Shown here in pieces: positions 26,031 through 37,295 of a stretch of DNA of 64,000 nt. Position numbers and translations under genes: made by a program. Within the stretch, counting starts at the first letter, position 1; every line of letters begins with the position of its first letter. Under the pieces are notes generated by a model. That model did no database searches and had not been told where the DNA came from. It worked only from the letters and a program-made list of their open reading frames with translations. Source of the stretch: Gracilinanus agilis (taxonomy: Eukaryota); contig NC_058135.1 of NCBI RefSeq assembly GCF_016433145.1, forward strand, positions 271,458,546 through 271,522,545, written 5' to 3'.

Positions 26031-26880
26031 ATCCTGTGTCTTCTCCGTCTTCTTGTCTAATTAATTCTCTTTGATATTGTACTCTGCTGCCTTCCTAAAG
26101 TTCCTTTAGCTCTAACTTTTCATTCTGTATCCTGTGAGCCTTTCCAGTTCTTTTGTGCTGGAATTTCACTGTATCTTTTGATTTGTTTTACAGCACACTT
26201 TTTAGCCTCATTTATGAGATAGTGAAAGCCTGATTAAACCATCTCAATATTGATATTCTCACTTTAAAACCCAAAGACAAAAGGAAATAGTACCTCAGAC
26301 ACTAGGCGTGTGATCCTGGGCAAGTCACTTAACCCTATTTGCTTAAAAAATTTAAAAAAAGGAAACTGCAGCTATTTGGAAGAATGATTCCCAGACCTTC
26401 TTGAAGAACCAATTAAAAATCAGGGAAGATGTTTTCGTTATCACCCAGAGACAGCATTATTTTGCCAGACAATGAGTTTTCCTGTCTTGCAGTGCCCAGG
26501 ATGAATATAAAACAAAAAGACTACAATGAAAATATCTCTAGCCTTTGCACCAATGTCTGTTACAAAGTCTGAAAAGATAGAGAAATTCTACAAAGAAGTC
26601 TCTTGGGTCCTCCTAACTGAGTTGACGAGGTTTAGTATGCAGTGACTTCAGTACAAAAGTGGGCATAGGAAAGGTAGGCCAAAAATATGCTGGAAAATAG
26701 GGTTCTAGAATAAGAAATGAAAGAGGTCAAAAGCTTGTTGACTATTGGCAAGCATCATGCCTATGTATCATGAATACTTTCCTTAAGAAGTGAGAAATGT
26801 TAAAGAAAAAATTTTCATATATAATTGGGAAGTATTTGATAAGAGAAATAAAATGAATATATTTTTAAAAGTACATTGTG

Positions 26881-27085
26881 GGGGCAGCTGGGTAGCTCAG
26901 TGGATTGAGAACCAGGCCTAGAGACGGGAGGTCCTGGGTTCAAATCTGACCTCAAACACTTCCCAGCTGTGTGATCCTGGGCAAGTCACTTGACCCCCAT
27001 TGCCTACCCTTACCACTCTTCTGCCTTGGAGCCAATACACAGTATGACTCCAAGTCAGAAGATGAGGGTATAAAAAAAAAAATAA
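26881..27085 (+). mobile_element. SINE1_Mdo-type SINE
   Basis: Full-length head and A tail; TACATTG on both flanks. Confidence 0.88.
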
Positions 27086-28014
27086 GTAAATACATTGGGA
27101 GGGAGACACTGGTTATAGAAAAGTACTGAACAAAGAAATAAGAAGAAATCAGTGATGGCCTGGGACAAAGTCCTTAGGAATCAGTTGTTTCTGTGTCATT
27201 GGAAGAACAATTTGTCATAGCAAAAGGTCAGAACTGACTAAATCAGAAAGTTAAATCCAAGAAGGCCTAATGTAGTTATAGAAGCTTCATTCTGACCTAT
27301 TTGGATGAACTGGTGACACTTATGTGGACTAATTCTGCAGTTTTTTGAAAATCAAAAGTAGATAAAAGAAAATACCTTGAAGCAAATTCTCATTTCTTTA
27401 TAGAAGCTTAACTGGTAAAAACCCAATATATCAATTAGGAGAGTGCTTCATCCACAAAATGCTTGATATTGCTAAACACAGAGCTGTGTTGGTGAATAAA
27501 AATTCTCTTGGGAAGCTATGGAGAAGAAAGAGTGGAAGAACTGAGAGCTCTGTTACCTCACAAAATGAAGGAAGAGGAAAAACAAGTCCAGAAAAGTTGG
27601 CATGAGACCCAGTTAACCCAGATCTTTATGAGAGTATTTATAGGCAGGAATGAGGATGAGGGAAAATGTATGTAAATCTCAGCATTTCCATAACATTTTA
27701 ATGATTGATGAAAGGAGAACTACACATTTGGACTCTTTTAACACCTTCCTGAGCAAGTGGAATAATGCCGAAGAATAGGAAACCTGGAAGAACAACTGGA
27801 ATAGACTTCGTATACACAGAAGAAATCGGCTTGTGGCAAAGCAATTTGGAAAGCTTTAAGGGACTGAGTCTGGAGATATTGGAAAGAGGGAAAGATACTA
27901 AACAAATGGGGAGAGTTACACATGGTATTACAAGAACAGCAGGTCAAGACACCATTAATAACAGTCCATATTTGTACTTTTTAGCCTTATAAAATCCTTA
28001 AGAGTAATGGTGCT

Positions 28015-28220
28015 GGGGACAGCTGGGTAGCTCAGTGGATGGAGAGTCAGGCCTAGAGATGGGAGGTCCTAGGTTCAAATCTGGCCTCAGACACTTCCCA
28101 GCTGTGTGACCCTGGGTAAGTCACTTGACCCTCATTGCCCACCCTTACCACTCTTCTGCCTTGGAGCCAATACACAGTATTGACTCCAAGACGGAAGGTA
28201 AGGGTTTAAAAAAAAAAAAA
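28015..28220 (+). mobile_element. SINE1_Mdo-type SINE, followed immediately by an older SINE (28233-28430)
   Basis: TSD AATGGTGCT. Confidence 0.88.
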
Positions 28221-29274
28221 GAATGGTGCTTAGGGGCAGCTAGGTGCCTCAATGTATATAGAGAGAGCCAGGCTTACAGGTGAAAGGTCCTGGGTTCAAA
28301 TCTAACTACAGACACATCCTAGCTGTGTGATCCTGGGCAAGTTACTTGACCCCAATCACCTAGCCCTTACCACTCTTCTGCCTTGGAACTAATATTTGGT
28401 ATCAATTCTAAGACGAGTTGTGTTTTTTTTAATGCTCTGTACATATCTCAAGATGATCCTTGATGGAAATAGGAGAAGAAGAGTGATGAATGATTTTTGA
28501 CAGTGTACTTCTAGTGCCAGCATATAGCAGGCTTATAAGAAAACCTTTTTTGAATTGAATTTTCACAATGATCAAAAGGTGTAGTGAATACAAGTTCCCC
28601 CTGCATTAATGCCGATTATAAAAACTTTGAGCTCTGTGGAACAAAGTGAAACCTTAATGGCTTGCCTCCAACAAGTTGTTTCCAATGCATATATGAAGAA
28701 CATGTAAGACTCCTTGACAAATATAACCATAAAAGCTTCATTTAATAATCCTCCAACACTAATAAGCAAGGCATAAATTCAGGAAGATGAATGCTGTGTA
28801 CCCAACATGTTTGCTGCTGTCATGGTGGATGTCTATCATAGGAGCCAAATGGAGGAAGGATTCCCCCTGGGTAGGATTCCTCACCTGGAGGGCTGTACTG
28901 CCTCAGGTGTAGCCACTCTGATGTGCCTTCCTACGGGTGGCATGCTGTGGATATTAAGATGTATGGATGCATACAAAGATGGATGTGGATATGTTAATAT
29001 AAAACATCAGAATACTAGAACCTTCTCAATGAATACACCAAATGCAACGATTTTTTAAATTATAAAGCCCACAGGAAGAGCCAATTGAATGAAGAATGCC
29101 TGCTGTCCAGACTGATGACTGGATAGAAGGCCCCTTGAATTAGCTTATCAATATGTATATTGACATGTGAGATATATACATATACACACAAATAAACACA
29201 TATATACTGGTAGACGGAAAAAATAGTGAATTGTACTCAGAATTGAATTGGAGCAAGAGAAGAACTGGAATGCT

Positions 29275-29500
29275 GGGGGCAGCTGGGTGGTTCAGTGGAT
29301 TGAGAGCCAGGCCCAGAGATGGGAGGTCCTGGGTTCAAATCTGATCTCAGACACTTCCTAGCTGTGTGACCTTGGGTAAGTCACTTAACTCCCATTGCCT
29401 AGCCTTTACTTCTCTTCTGCCTTAGGACCAATACACAATATTGATTCCAAGGTGGAAGGTGAGGGTTTTAGTAAAAACAAATAAACAAACAAAAAAAAAC
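29275..29500 (+). mobile_element. SINE1_Mdo-type SINE inserted in the RTE
   Basis: TSD AACTGGAATGC 29263-29273 / 29498-29508. Confidence 0.88.
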
Positions 29501-30387
29501 TGGAATGCCTTTGGGAAGTTGGTCAGCACTCCCAGTAATCCCAGATACTCAAAGGCTTTCCTCCTTCCCCTCAAAAAAGCCACCTTCTGACCACTATTTC
29601 AGGAAGACTCTGGCCATGCTTCACCCTGGTTGCAGTTCTCCTTAGTAAGCTAGCCGTGTCCCCTTATGTAAGTTGCTCCCCTTTTTCTGGAAATGCCAAA
29701 CCCCATAATCAGATTCATTCGTCCATTGTTAGTCCATTGATAGGTTGGTTCTTGCCATCCTTGTATTCTGGTGAAGCTGGATAGCTGCAAGTCCTAGAGA
29801 GCCAGTTTTCCTAAAATAAAATGATCAGGTGACCCAGATGGGAAAAGGCAATGGTGTGCACAAAAACATGTAAATATTTCCAGCAAATGCACACTCAGAA
29901 AAGAAAATGGCCCCATCATAGAATGAGTACATGGGATAATGAAGTCAATCGGGGCCACAGAATGTTACCAACAAAAAATCCAGAGGAAGGAGAGAGGAAA
30001 GAGCTCCGACTCTGAGCATGAAAGGATTGTTGCGTTAGAGCTGAAAGCCTTCGACTTCATCTAATCTGACTCCCTTCACTTCCCAGCTGAACGAGTGCTC
30101 ACTTGTCCCCGGGTCACACGATCCAAGATTTGAACTCAGGTTCTCTGACAATCCAGCACGTTTCCCACACTCATGGGGAAGATGGCCTTCCTAAACTTCC
30201 ACCAAACGTAGAGTGTATTCTATGAGGAGGGACACCTAAGCTCACTTTCCAGAGGCCTGACTGACCACGGGCTTCAAGCCTTGCCTCCCCACCCTAACCG
30301 CCCCCTCCCACTGACATCCCTGAAGAGCCCAGAGCCCAGCGGGACGGCCCGGAGAGACAGAGGAGAACTTTTTATTCTCTCTGGATC

Positions 30388-30476
30388 TGCTCTTTGTCCC
30401 AGTGCTCAGGCTCAGGGCTAATATTTACTCTTCCACCCTCTACCTACAGCAAACAGGAAGCGGCAGGGGGCGGAGG
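30388..30476 (+). promoter_or_regulatory. Prothrombin liver enhancer homolog (HNF4 / HNF1-FOXA / FOXA / Sp1 cluster)
   Basis: TGCTCTTTGTCCC 30388-30400, CTAATATTTACTC 30418-30430, GCAAACA 30449-30455, GGGGGCGGAGG 30466-30476, in the order I recall for the human F2 enhancer. Confidence 0.75.
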
Positions 30477-31787
30477 GGGAGGGAAAACAAGGGGCTGGAC
30501 AGCCATGCAGGGAAAAAAGACAGGAGAGACACCTTTGGCCACCCAGAGGCAGGGTGGGTGCCCCAAAGGAGTATGCCAGTGGCTGACCGGCCCTAAGTAG
30601 CAGAGCTCCGGTGGGCAAAGGCTCCAGGCTCAAGAGAGTCTGCCAGGAGAACCAGGAGGCTAGTCGGGGCCCTTTCAAGCACACGTTGGCCAAGCTGTTT
30701 CCTTTCTTTGCATCTCGTCCCTTCCAAAGACGGACAGTTTCGTTGATGGTCACAAAGGTCCATGAGTCACTGAGGCAAAAAAAAAAAAAAAATCCCATGG
30801 CTATCAACCTTCTGATTGTAAATAGGAATTCTGGGAAAAGACCTTGTCGGTGCCATTTGGTCGTTACGCTGGTCTCCCACCCGCTACCCTTCTGTTCCAT
30901 CAAATGACCGATTGAATACTTCAATAATCAATAATCAAAGCCAGCCCCAATGGAACTAGTTCTGCGTTTGTGGGCTTAGAACCCAGGGCCGTAGGACCAA
31001 GTCACCTTACTTTTCTGGGCCTCGGTTTCCTCCTCGGTTAGGACCTTTCGATGATTCTGTGACTCGGCTCAGGTTCATCCTCCAGTACCTGCAGTTCCCT
31101 CCCCTATCGGCCTAGCCAAGGCAAACGTGCTGGGACCCTCATTCCTCCGCAGTCTACGAATGCCGTTTCCCTTAGGTTTGGGCGGTCGTCGCCAACGTTC
31201 CTCTTTTCTGCTTCGCCCCGTTCCACACCAATCCTCCCATGTTTCATGTGTAGTAACTTTTTAATGGCATTTTTCAACCTATTATATCTGATGGCATAGA
31301 AAGAGCACTAGGGTGGAAGTCAGGAGGCGGATTCGAATCTGGTGTTACTCCCCTCGACGAGCACCTATTAGGTGCTTACTGTTTGCCGGGTACTCTAGGA
31401 AGGACGGGCCACAAGGAGCCCAACACTGAATAAGTCACTTCAGCGCTTGGGGCCTCAAGCTACAGAGGCACGAAGGGAGGGCGCACAAGTAGAGGTTCTC
31501 CGAGGCTCTTTCCAGCCCCCGTCCACTGGCCCGCTCTGGCCCCCGAGAGGCGGGCAGGGTACGCGGATAGCCCCGGCTTCCAGGCAATGGGGTAGAAAGT
31601 ACTGACTCTGCCTGGGCCCACAGTCCGTACCGGGGGCGTCCTAAGCACCAGCCCGGTCCGTGACTCTGTCTCTGGGCCGACACGACGGGCATCGGCGGCC
31701 GGGCGACGTGCCACGAGCACAGATCAGGAGCCAAAAGCGGGGGTGGGCAGGGGCAGCGGCTGTCCCTCTAGCCCTGACCCGACGACC

Positions 31788-31845
31788 TCTCCCTGCTGAT
31801 TTCTTCATGTTGGTTCAACATTAACCCGGAGGGGCCAGGACGGCT
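31788..31845 (+). promoter_or_regulatory. F2 proximal promoter block (TATA-less) with HNF1-like site
   Basis: CTGCTGATTTCTTCATGTTGGTTCAACATTAACCCGGAGGGGCCAGGAC just upstream of exon 1; GTTCAACATTAAC resembles GTTAATNATTAAC. Confidence 0.6.
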
Positions 31846-31885
31846 GGCCTGCGAGCCCCACGTCCACAGCTTCTCCGCAGGCACC

Positions 31886-31964
31886 ATGATGGGCGTGCAG
31901 GGCCTGACCCTGCCCGGCTGCCTGGCCCTGGGAGTCTTGCTATGTCTCGTCCACTGTGAGCGCG
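31886..31964 (+). CDS. F2: F2 exon 1, signal peptide MMGVQGLTLPGCLALGVLLCLVHCER
   Basis: Kozak gcaccATG; 79 nt; donor CGCG|GTAAGG. Confidence 0.95.
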
Positions 31965-32303
31965 GTAAGGACCCCGTGGACACGAGGGCTCTTTGGGGGT
32001 GGCCGGGGGAGAGGCGGCCGGAGCAGCCCGGCAGGAAACACGAGACCGGCAGAAACTGGCTCCCGTCGGAAGGGAGAAGAGGAAGACCCGGGGAGGCGAA
32101 GGGGAGCTTTGTCGGGATGGCGTCGGGCGCCTCTTTGTGGAAGGAGGTGGGGGTCGGTCTGGGTCGCCCTCCAGAGACAAGCAGGACAAAGAGGGAGTGT
32201 GTTGGGAGGGGGCGGGAGGACCCGTCAGCATTAGGGCTCGTGTCGGTTCAAATCCTGGCCCGCTCCTGGCGTGGCGTCCCCGCTCTGGGCCCTTCCGCCC
32301 TAA

Positions 32304-33179
<876 letters not shown>

Positions 33180-33255
33180 TAGAGCATGCCTGGACCGTGG
33201 GGTCCTGGGCCGGAGGGCAAAGCCAGCTGGGGAGAGCGGAGAGCTGTGCCCGCGA

Positions 33256-33330
33256 GGAGGAGGAGGAGGAGGAGGAGGAGGAGGAGGAGGAGGAGGAGGA
33301 GGAGGAGGAGGAGGAGGAGGAGGAGGAGGA
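33256..33330 (+). repeat. Pure (GGA)25 microsatellite in F2 intron 4
   Basis: Direct reading; gives the poly-Gly and poly-Pro ORFs. Confidence 0.97.
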
Positions 33331-33641
33331 AGGGAGCTAGTCGTGGGGCAGAGCTCTGACCGAGCCATAGGGCTGGGCCTCGGAGTAAACCAAGCTGGAC
33401 AGAGGGGAGAGCCAGACCTTTGGGGTGGGGCTAGGCCAGGAGCTACGAGGAGAGCCAGGGAAGGGCTTGAGCCATGGCGACAATGGGGGGTTAGTTATTA
33501 TTATGAATTTGGCGCAGGGAACAGGGCCATCCCCAGGACACGGGTGAGTGAAGAGGATCAGGGAGGGACCAGAGCAGGCCCGAGAACGAGCAGTGTCCGG
33601 TGGGGGCTCAAGGACCCTAATCTGGAGCTCGTCTCTGATAG

Positions 33642-33747
33642 GGATTTGTGCAGCGGGCATAGGGATGAATTACCGTGGAAACATCTCCGTCACTAAATCT
33701 GGGATTGAGTGCCAGCTATGGAGAAGCTTCTACCCACACAAGCCAGA
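33642..33747 (+). CDS. F2: F2 exon 5, kringle 1 N-half ([36 protein letters not shown])
   Basis: 106 nt; ctgatag|GG, GA|GTGAGT. Confidence 0.96.
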
Positions 33748-33842
33748 GTGAGTGTCTCCTCCTTCCTTCCAAACCCACGGCCAGGGACAGCCCCCTGGTA
33801 TTCCGGCCTGCCTCGCCAAGGCTGAGCGCTTTCTCATTTCAG

Positions 33843-33979
33843 ACTCAACTCCACCACACACCCTATGGCCGACCTTAAGGAAAATTTCTGCCGAAATCCA
33901 GATGGCAGCTCCACTGGGCCCTGGTGCTACACCAGCAAACCTACCCTGCGGCGAGAGGAGTGTAGCATCCCCATCTGTG
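33843..33979 (+). CDS. F2: F2 exon 6, kringle 1 C-half ([45 protein letters not shown])
   Basis: 137 nt; tttcag|A, TG|GTGAGC; FCRNPD kringle motif. Confidence 0.96.
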
Positions 33980-34073
33980 GTGAGCCCTAAAGGCGCTGGA
34001 GGGCAGCTGGGGGAGACGGGGCAAATGGCCCCAACGCCTTACCCTGGGCTGACTTGGTGAGCTCGCTGTAGAG

Positions 34074-34262
34074 CAGTGCTTCCCAGACTGTTTTGGCCTA
34101 CCGCCCCCTTTCCAGAAAAAAGGTTACTTAGCCCCCTGGAAATTAATTTTAAATAATTTTAATAGCAGTTAATAGGAAAGAAAAATGTACCTGCGGCCAT
34201 CACCGCCCCCCTGGATCGCTGCACCCACCAGGGGGCGATGGCGCCCACTTTGGGAATCACTG
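34074..34262. mobile_element. hAT-Charlie-type MITE (~189 bp) in F2 intron 6
   Basis: TIRs CAGTGCTTCCCAGA / TTTGGGAATCACTG (12/14 complementary); TAGAG on both flanks. Confidence 0.8.
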
Positions 34263-34659
34263 CTAGAGCATCCTAGACAGGTGTCGAGGCAGAAGAACCC
34301 TTAGAACCATCTGGCCAAACCCCTCACCTTGCAGAGAAGGAAACAAGCCCAGGGAGGGCCACACCTTGCCCTGGAGTAAGTGGCAGAATCCCCAGGCAAA
34401 GGCTGGACTGATGGGAGGCAGAATCTGCTTGCTCCTTCCTTAGGCATCCTCTCCTCTGAAGCTCGCTCTCTCCAGATCTCTTACCCAGTGCCCACATCTC
34501 AGCTCTGGAGTCATTCTTCCTCTCTTCTCCAGGCACTGGCTGCCTCACCGGCCTTCTTCCTTTCTTCCCCACTTTTGCCTTTGGGGTCTTTGGCCCAGGA
34601 GCCGACACCCCACAACTTCCCCCCCACCCCCTGTCCTGATTCATCAGCATCCTCTAGAG

Positions 34660-34863
34660 CAGGGGTCGGCAACCTTTTTGGCCGTGAGAGCCATAAACGC
34701 CACATTCTTTAAAATGTCATTTCATGAGAGCCGTGCAGTGCTCACAATGCACTTCTGTAACAGCGCCTGAAAAAAATGGACTTTATGGCTCCTGCAGAAA
34801 GAGCCCTCTCTGGCCCTCAAAAGAGCCAGATATGGCCCGAAAGCCGTACGTTACCGACCCCTG
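34660..34863. mobile_element. hAT-Charlie-type MITE (204 bp), resembling the opossum OposCharlie/OC1 non-autonomous family
   Basis: TIRs CAGGGGTCGGCAAC / GTTACCGACCCCTG (13/14); 8-bp flanks CTCTAGAG / CTTTAGTA with central TA. Confidence 0.85.
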
Positions 34864-35199
34864 CTTTAGTAGCTCAGGATGGCCACACACTACCTAGACT
34901 GGGAGCTGGGAGCTGGGAGCTTGGCGGGAAACATTTGGATTACTGTACTTCGAGATGGCTGGTTTCCTTTGTAATCCTCAGCATCTTGTCATGATTTAAA
35001 AACAGCATCCTCAGGAAGGCTCGGTAGGCTTCTCCAGACCGCCCGCCCACCCAAGGGGTCCAGGACACACAAAGTGGGTTAAGACTGTCTGGCCTACATT
35101 GTGTCATGGCTCACGTGTTTCTGCTCCATCAATACTCACCCCCAATTCCCTTCTCTGATCTTCTCTCTCCACCCCAGACCCATTTGTCATCTTCCCCGA

Positions 35200-35575
35200 G
35201 ACCTCCACTCCATTCCTCAGCCCTTTGTCGGGCCCATGGCCCTTCTCTGACTCCATTTTGCTCTTCCCAATCTCAACTCCACACTGGCCTTGTGCTCTCC
35301 AATGCTTCCCAAGCTCAGCCAAATGCCAGCCCTGGGTTCATCCTTCTTTCTTGGATCACCAAACCACTGGCCTCAGCTAGGCTCTTGCTGCGGCAAGGGA
35401 ATCCTTAGCATCCCCTAGCAGCCATGGCACTTGCCATAGAGACTGCTTCCAAGTCCTCTTGGATTGTCTTTCTCCTCTACTCTTCGATATCTTCCTGTCG
35501 ACTGGCTCCATCCCTGCTGCCTACAAACATCCTCGTCTCCCCCATGCTAAAACAAAACCCCCCAAACCCTCAAGA
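35200..35575 (+). mobile_element. L2 internal fragment in F2 intron 6
   Basis: Pyrimidine-rich tract ending actggctccatccctgctgcctacaaacat..ctcccccatgctaaaa. Confidence 0.55.
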
Positions 35576-35972
35576 TCTTACTATTCGCAGTTTCGTTATC
35601 TATATATTTTTATTTTATTTATTTTATTTTTTGAAAATAACCCTTACTTTTGTAGTATCAATTTCAAGACAATGAAGTGGCATGGGCTAGGCAATGGGGG
35701 TTAAGTGACTTGCCCAGGGTCACACAGCTAGGAAGTATCTGAGGCCAGATTCGAACCCAAGTGCTCCTGACTGCAGGCCTGGCTCTCTATCTACCATGCT
35801 ACCTAGATATCCCTGTTTCATTATCTATAAAATGAAGGCATTGGACTCAGTGGTCTCCAGGGGTTCTAAATCCGTGATTTTCTGACTTCTCTTGGCTGCT
35901 TCTCCCGGGCTTGGGTACAGAGCACACTCTCAGGAAACTGTCTCTGATGGATTGATTTCCCAAATGCTTCAG

Positions 35973-36281
35973 GAGGGGACGGCTTCACTGTGCCAGTGAC
36001 TTCAAAAAGGCCCAACGAGTTGGATCCAAGGAACTCACAGCCCTGCATCCCTGATAAGGGCCAGAAGTATCAAGGAAACCTTGCTTCCACTCTCTCGGGG
36101 AGCCCCTGCCTGCCCTGGGCCTCAGAGCTGCTGAAGCCTCTTCTCAAGGAGCAGAATTTTGACCCTTCTGTGCCACTGGTAGAGAATTATTGCCGAAACC
36201 CAGATGGCGATGAGGAAGGCCTCTGGTGCTACGTGGCTGGGAACCCCATTGGAACGGAGTATTGCCAGGCCAACTACTGCG
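35973..36281 (+). CDS. F2: F2 exon 7, linker 1 + kringle 2
   Basis: ORF 35990..36340 (ENYCRNPDGDEEGLWCYVAG); atgcttcag|GA, TGCG|GTGAGC; 309 nt. Confidence 0.96.
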
Positions 36282-36942
36282 GTGAGCCCAGGGCTCTGGG
36301 GTGCTCTGGGGCAGGTACCCTTAGGGGAGCCACGAGCTGACGATTTAGGCAGATTAAGGTGGCCTCCAGAAATCAGCACCCCTGGGCACCATGATGCCCT
36401 GAATGGCTCAGCGTGAGCCAAGACTTTGGGTAGAAGATGGGGCCTGAGACTCTTGGCCCCATGGGCATCTTTCAGGAACCCTTGGAGCTTAGGAGAGGTG
36501 GGAAGTGGGGAAAGGGATGGGGGAACAGAGGATGACCCAGGTGAGTAGACTAGCTGTGGGAGAAAACTCAGGATGGGAGAATTCCTGGGATTCTAGACCA
36601 TCAGAGCTGGAAGGGTTTCAGAACCCAAAGTCACACAGGATAGGAAGTGGCCCAGTCAGGTCTTCTCACTCCAAATCTTGTCCTCTTCCCATGTCGCCAT
36701 GCTGCTGCCCAGTTCACTCCAAGGGTTCCCCTTGTGGGCTGGCACAAGCTAGGGAACTTTGCCAGGATGCACTTCTTCACCAATAACCACTGGGCAGCTG
36801 GTGTGTACGAGCAAAGCCCTGAGCATGGCATGGGGGGAATCTAAGATAGGTAAAGCCTCTACCTTCTGCCTGGAGCCTGGGGGAGGGACGCAGCAGGACT
36901 GGGGAGCTCAAGGCCTCCCTGCACTGCCCGTCCTGCCCCCAG

Positions 36943-37065
36943 AAAGCCCTGAGGATGAGGTGGATGAAGACCTACAGCCGGAGCCAGAGACCATCGATGG
37001 CCGGACCGCAGTGCAGGAATACCAAGTGTTCTTTAATGAGAAGACCTTCGGTTCCGGAGAAGCAA
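36943..37065 (+). CDS. F2: F2 exon 8, linker 2 with FXa site IDGR|T and start of A chain
   Basis: [41 protein letters not shown]; cccccag|AA, A|GTAAGG; 123 nt. Confidence 0.96.
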
Positions 37066-37168
37066 GTAAGGCAGAGAGGCCAGAGGAGGGTCTGGCACAG
37101 ATCAGGGGGCCAGCAGGCAGGGGGGCCTGTGTGGCCCCCAGACCAATGCCACTCCTCTGGCTTTGCAG

Positions 37169-37295
37169 GCTGTGGCATTCGGCCCCTGTTTGAGAAAATA
37201 GGCCAGACGGACAACAATGAGAAGGAACTGCTGGACTCTTACATAGGCGGGCGCATCGTGCATGGAAATGATACTGAGTTGGGCACTGCTCCCTG
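37169..37295 (+). CDS. F2: F2 exon 9, A chain / activation site IGGR|IVHG
   Basis: [42 protein letters not shown]; 127 nt; canonical sites. Confidence 0.97.

Larger units (their letters stand above)
26340..29540 (+). mobile_element. Decayed RTE-clade LINE interrupted by four SINEs
   Basis: Remnant RT translations (DYK..SVEQ, MFAAVM..QMEEGFP, GWNAFGKL); multiple stops. Confidence 0.65.

Noticed and set aside
30745-30770. CAAAGGTCCA (HNF4-like) next to TGAGTCA (AP-1)
   Set aside because: Short motifs with no independent support; could be part of an extended enhancer but cannot be supported from sequence alone
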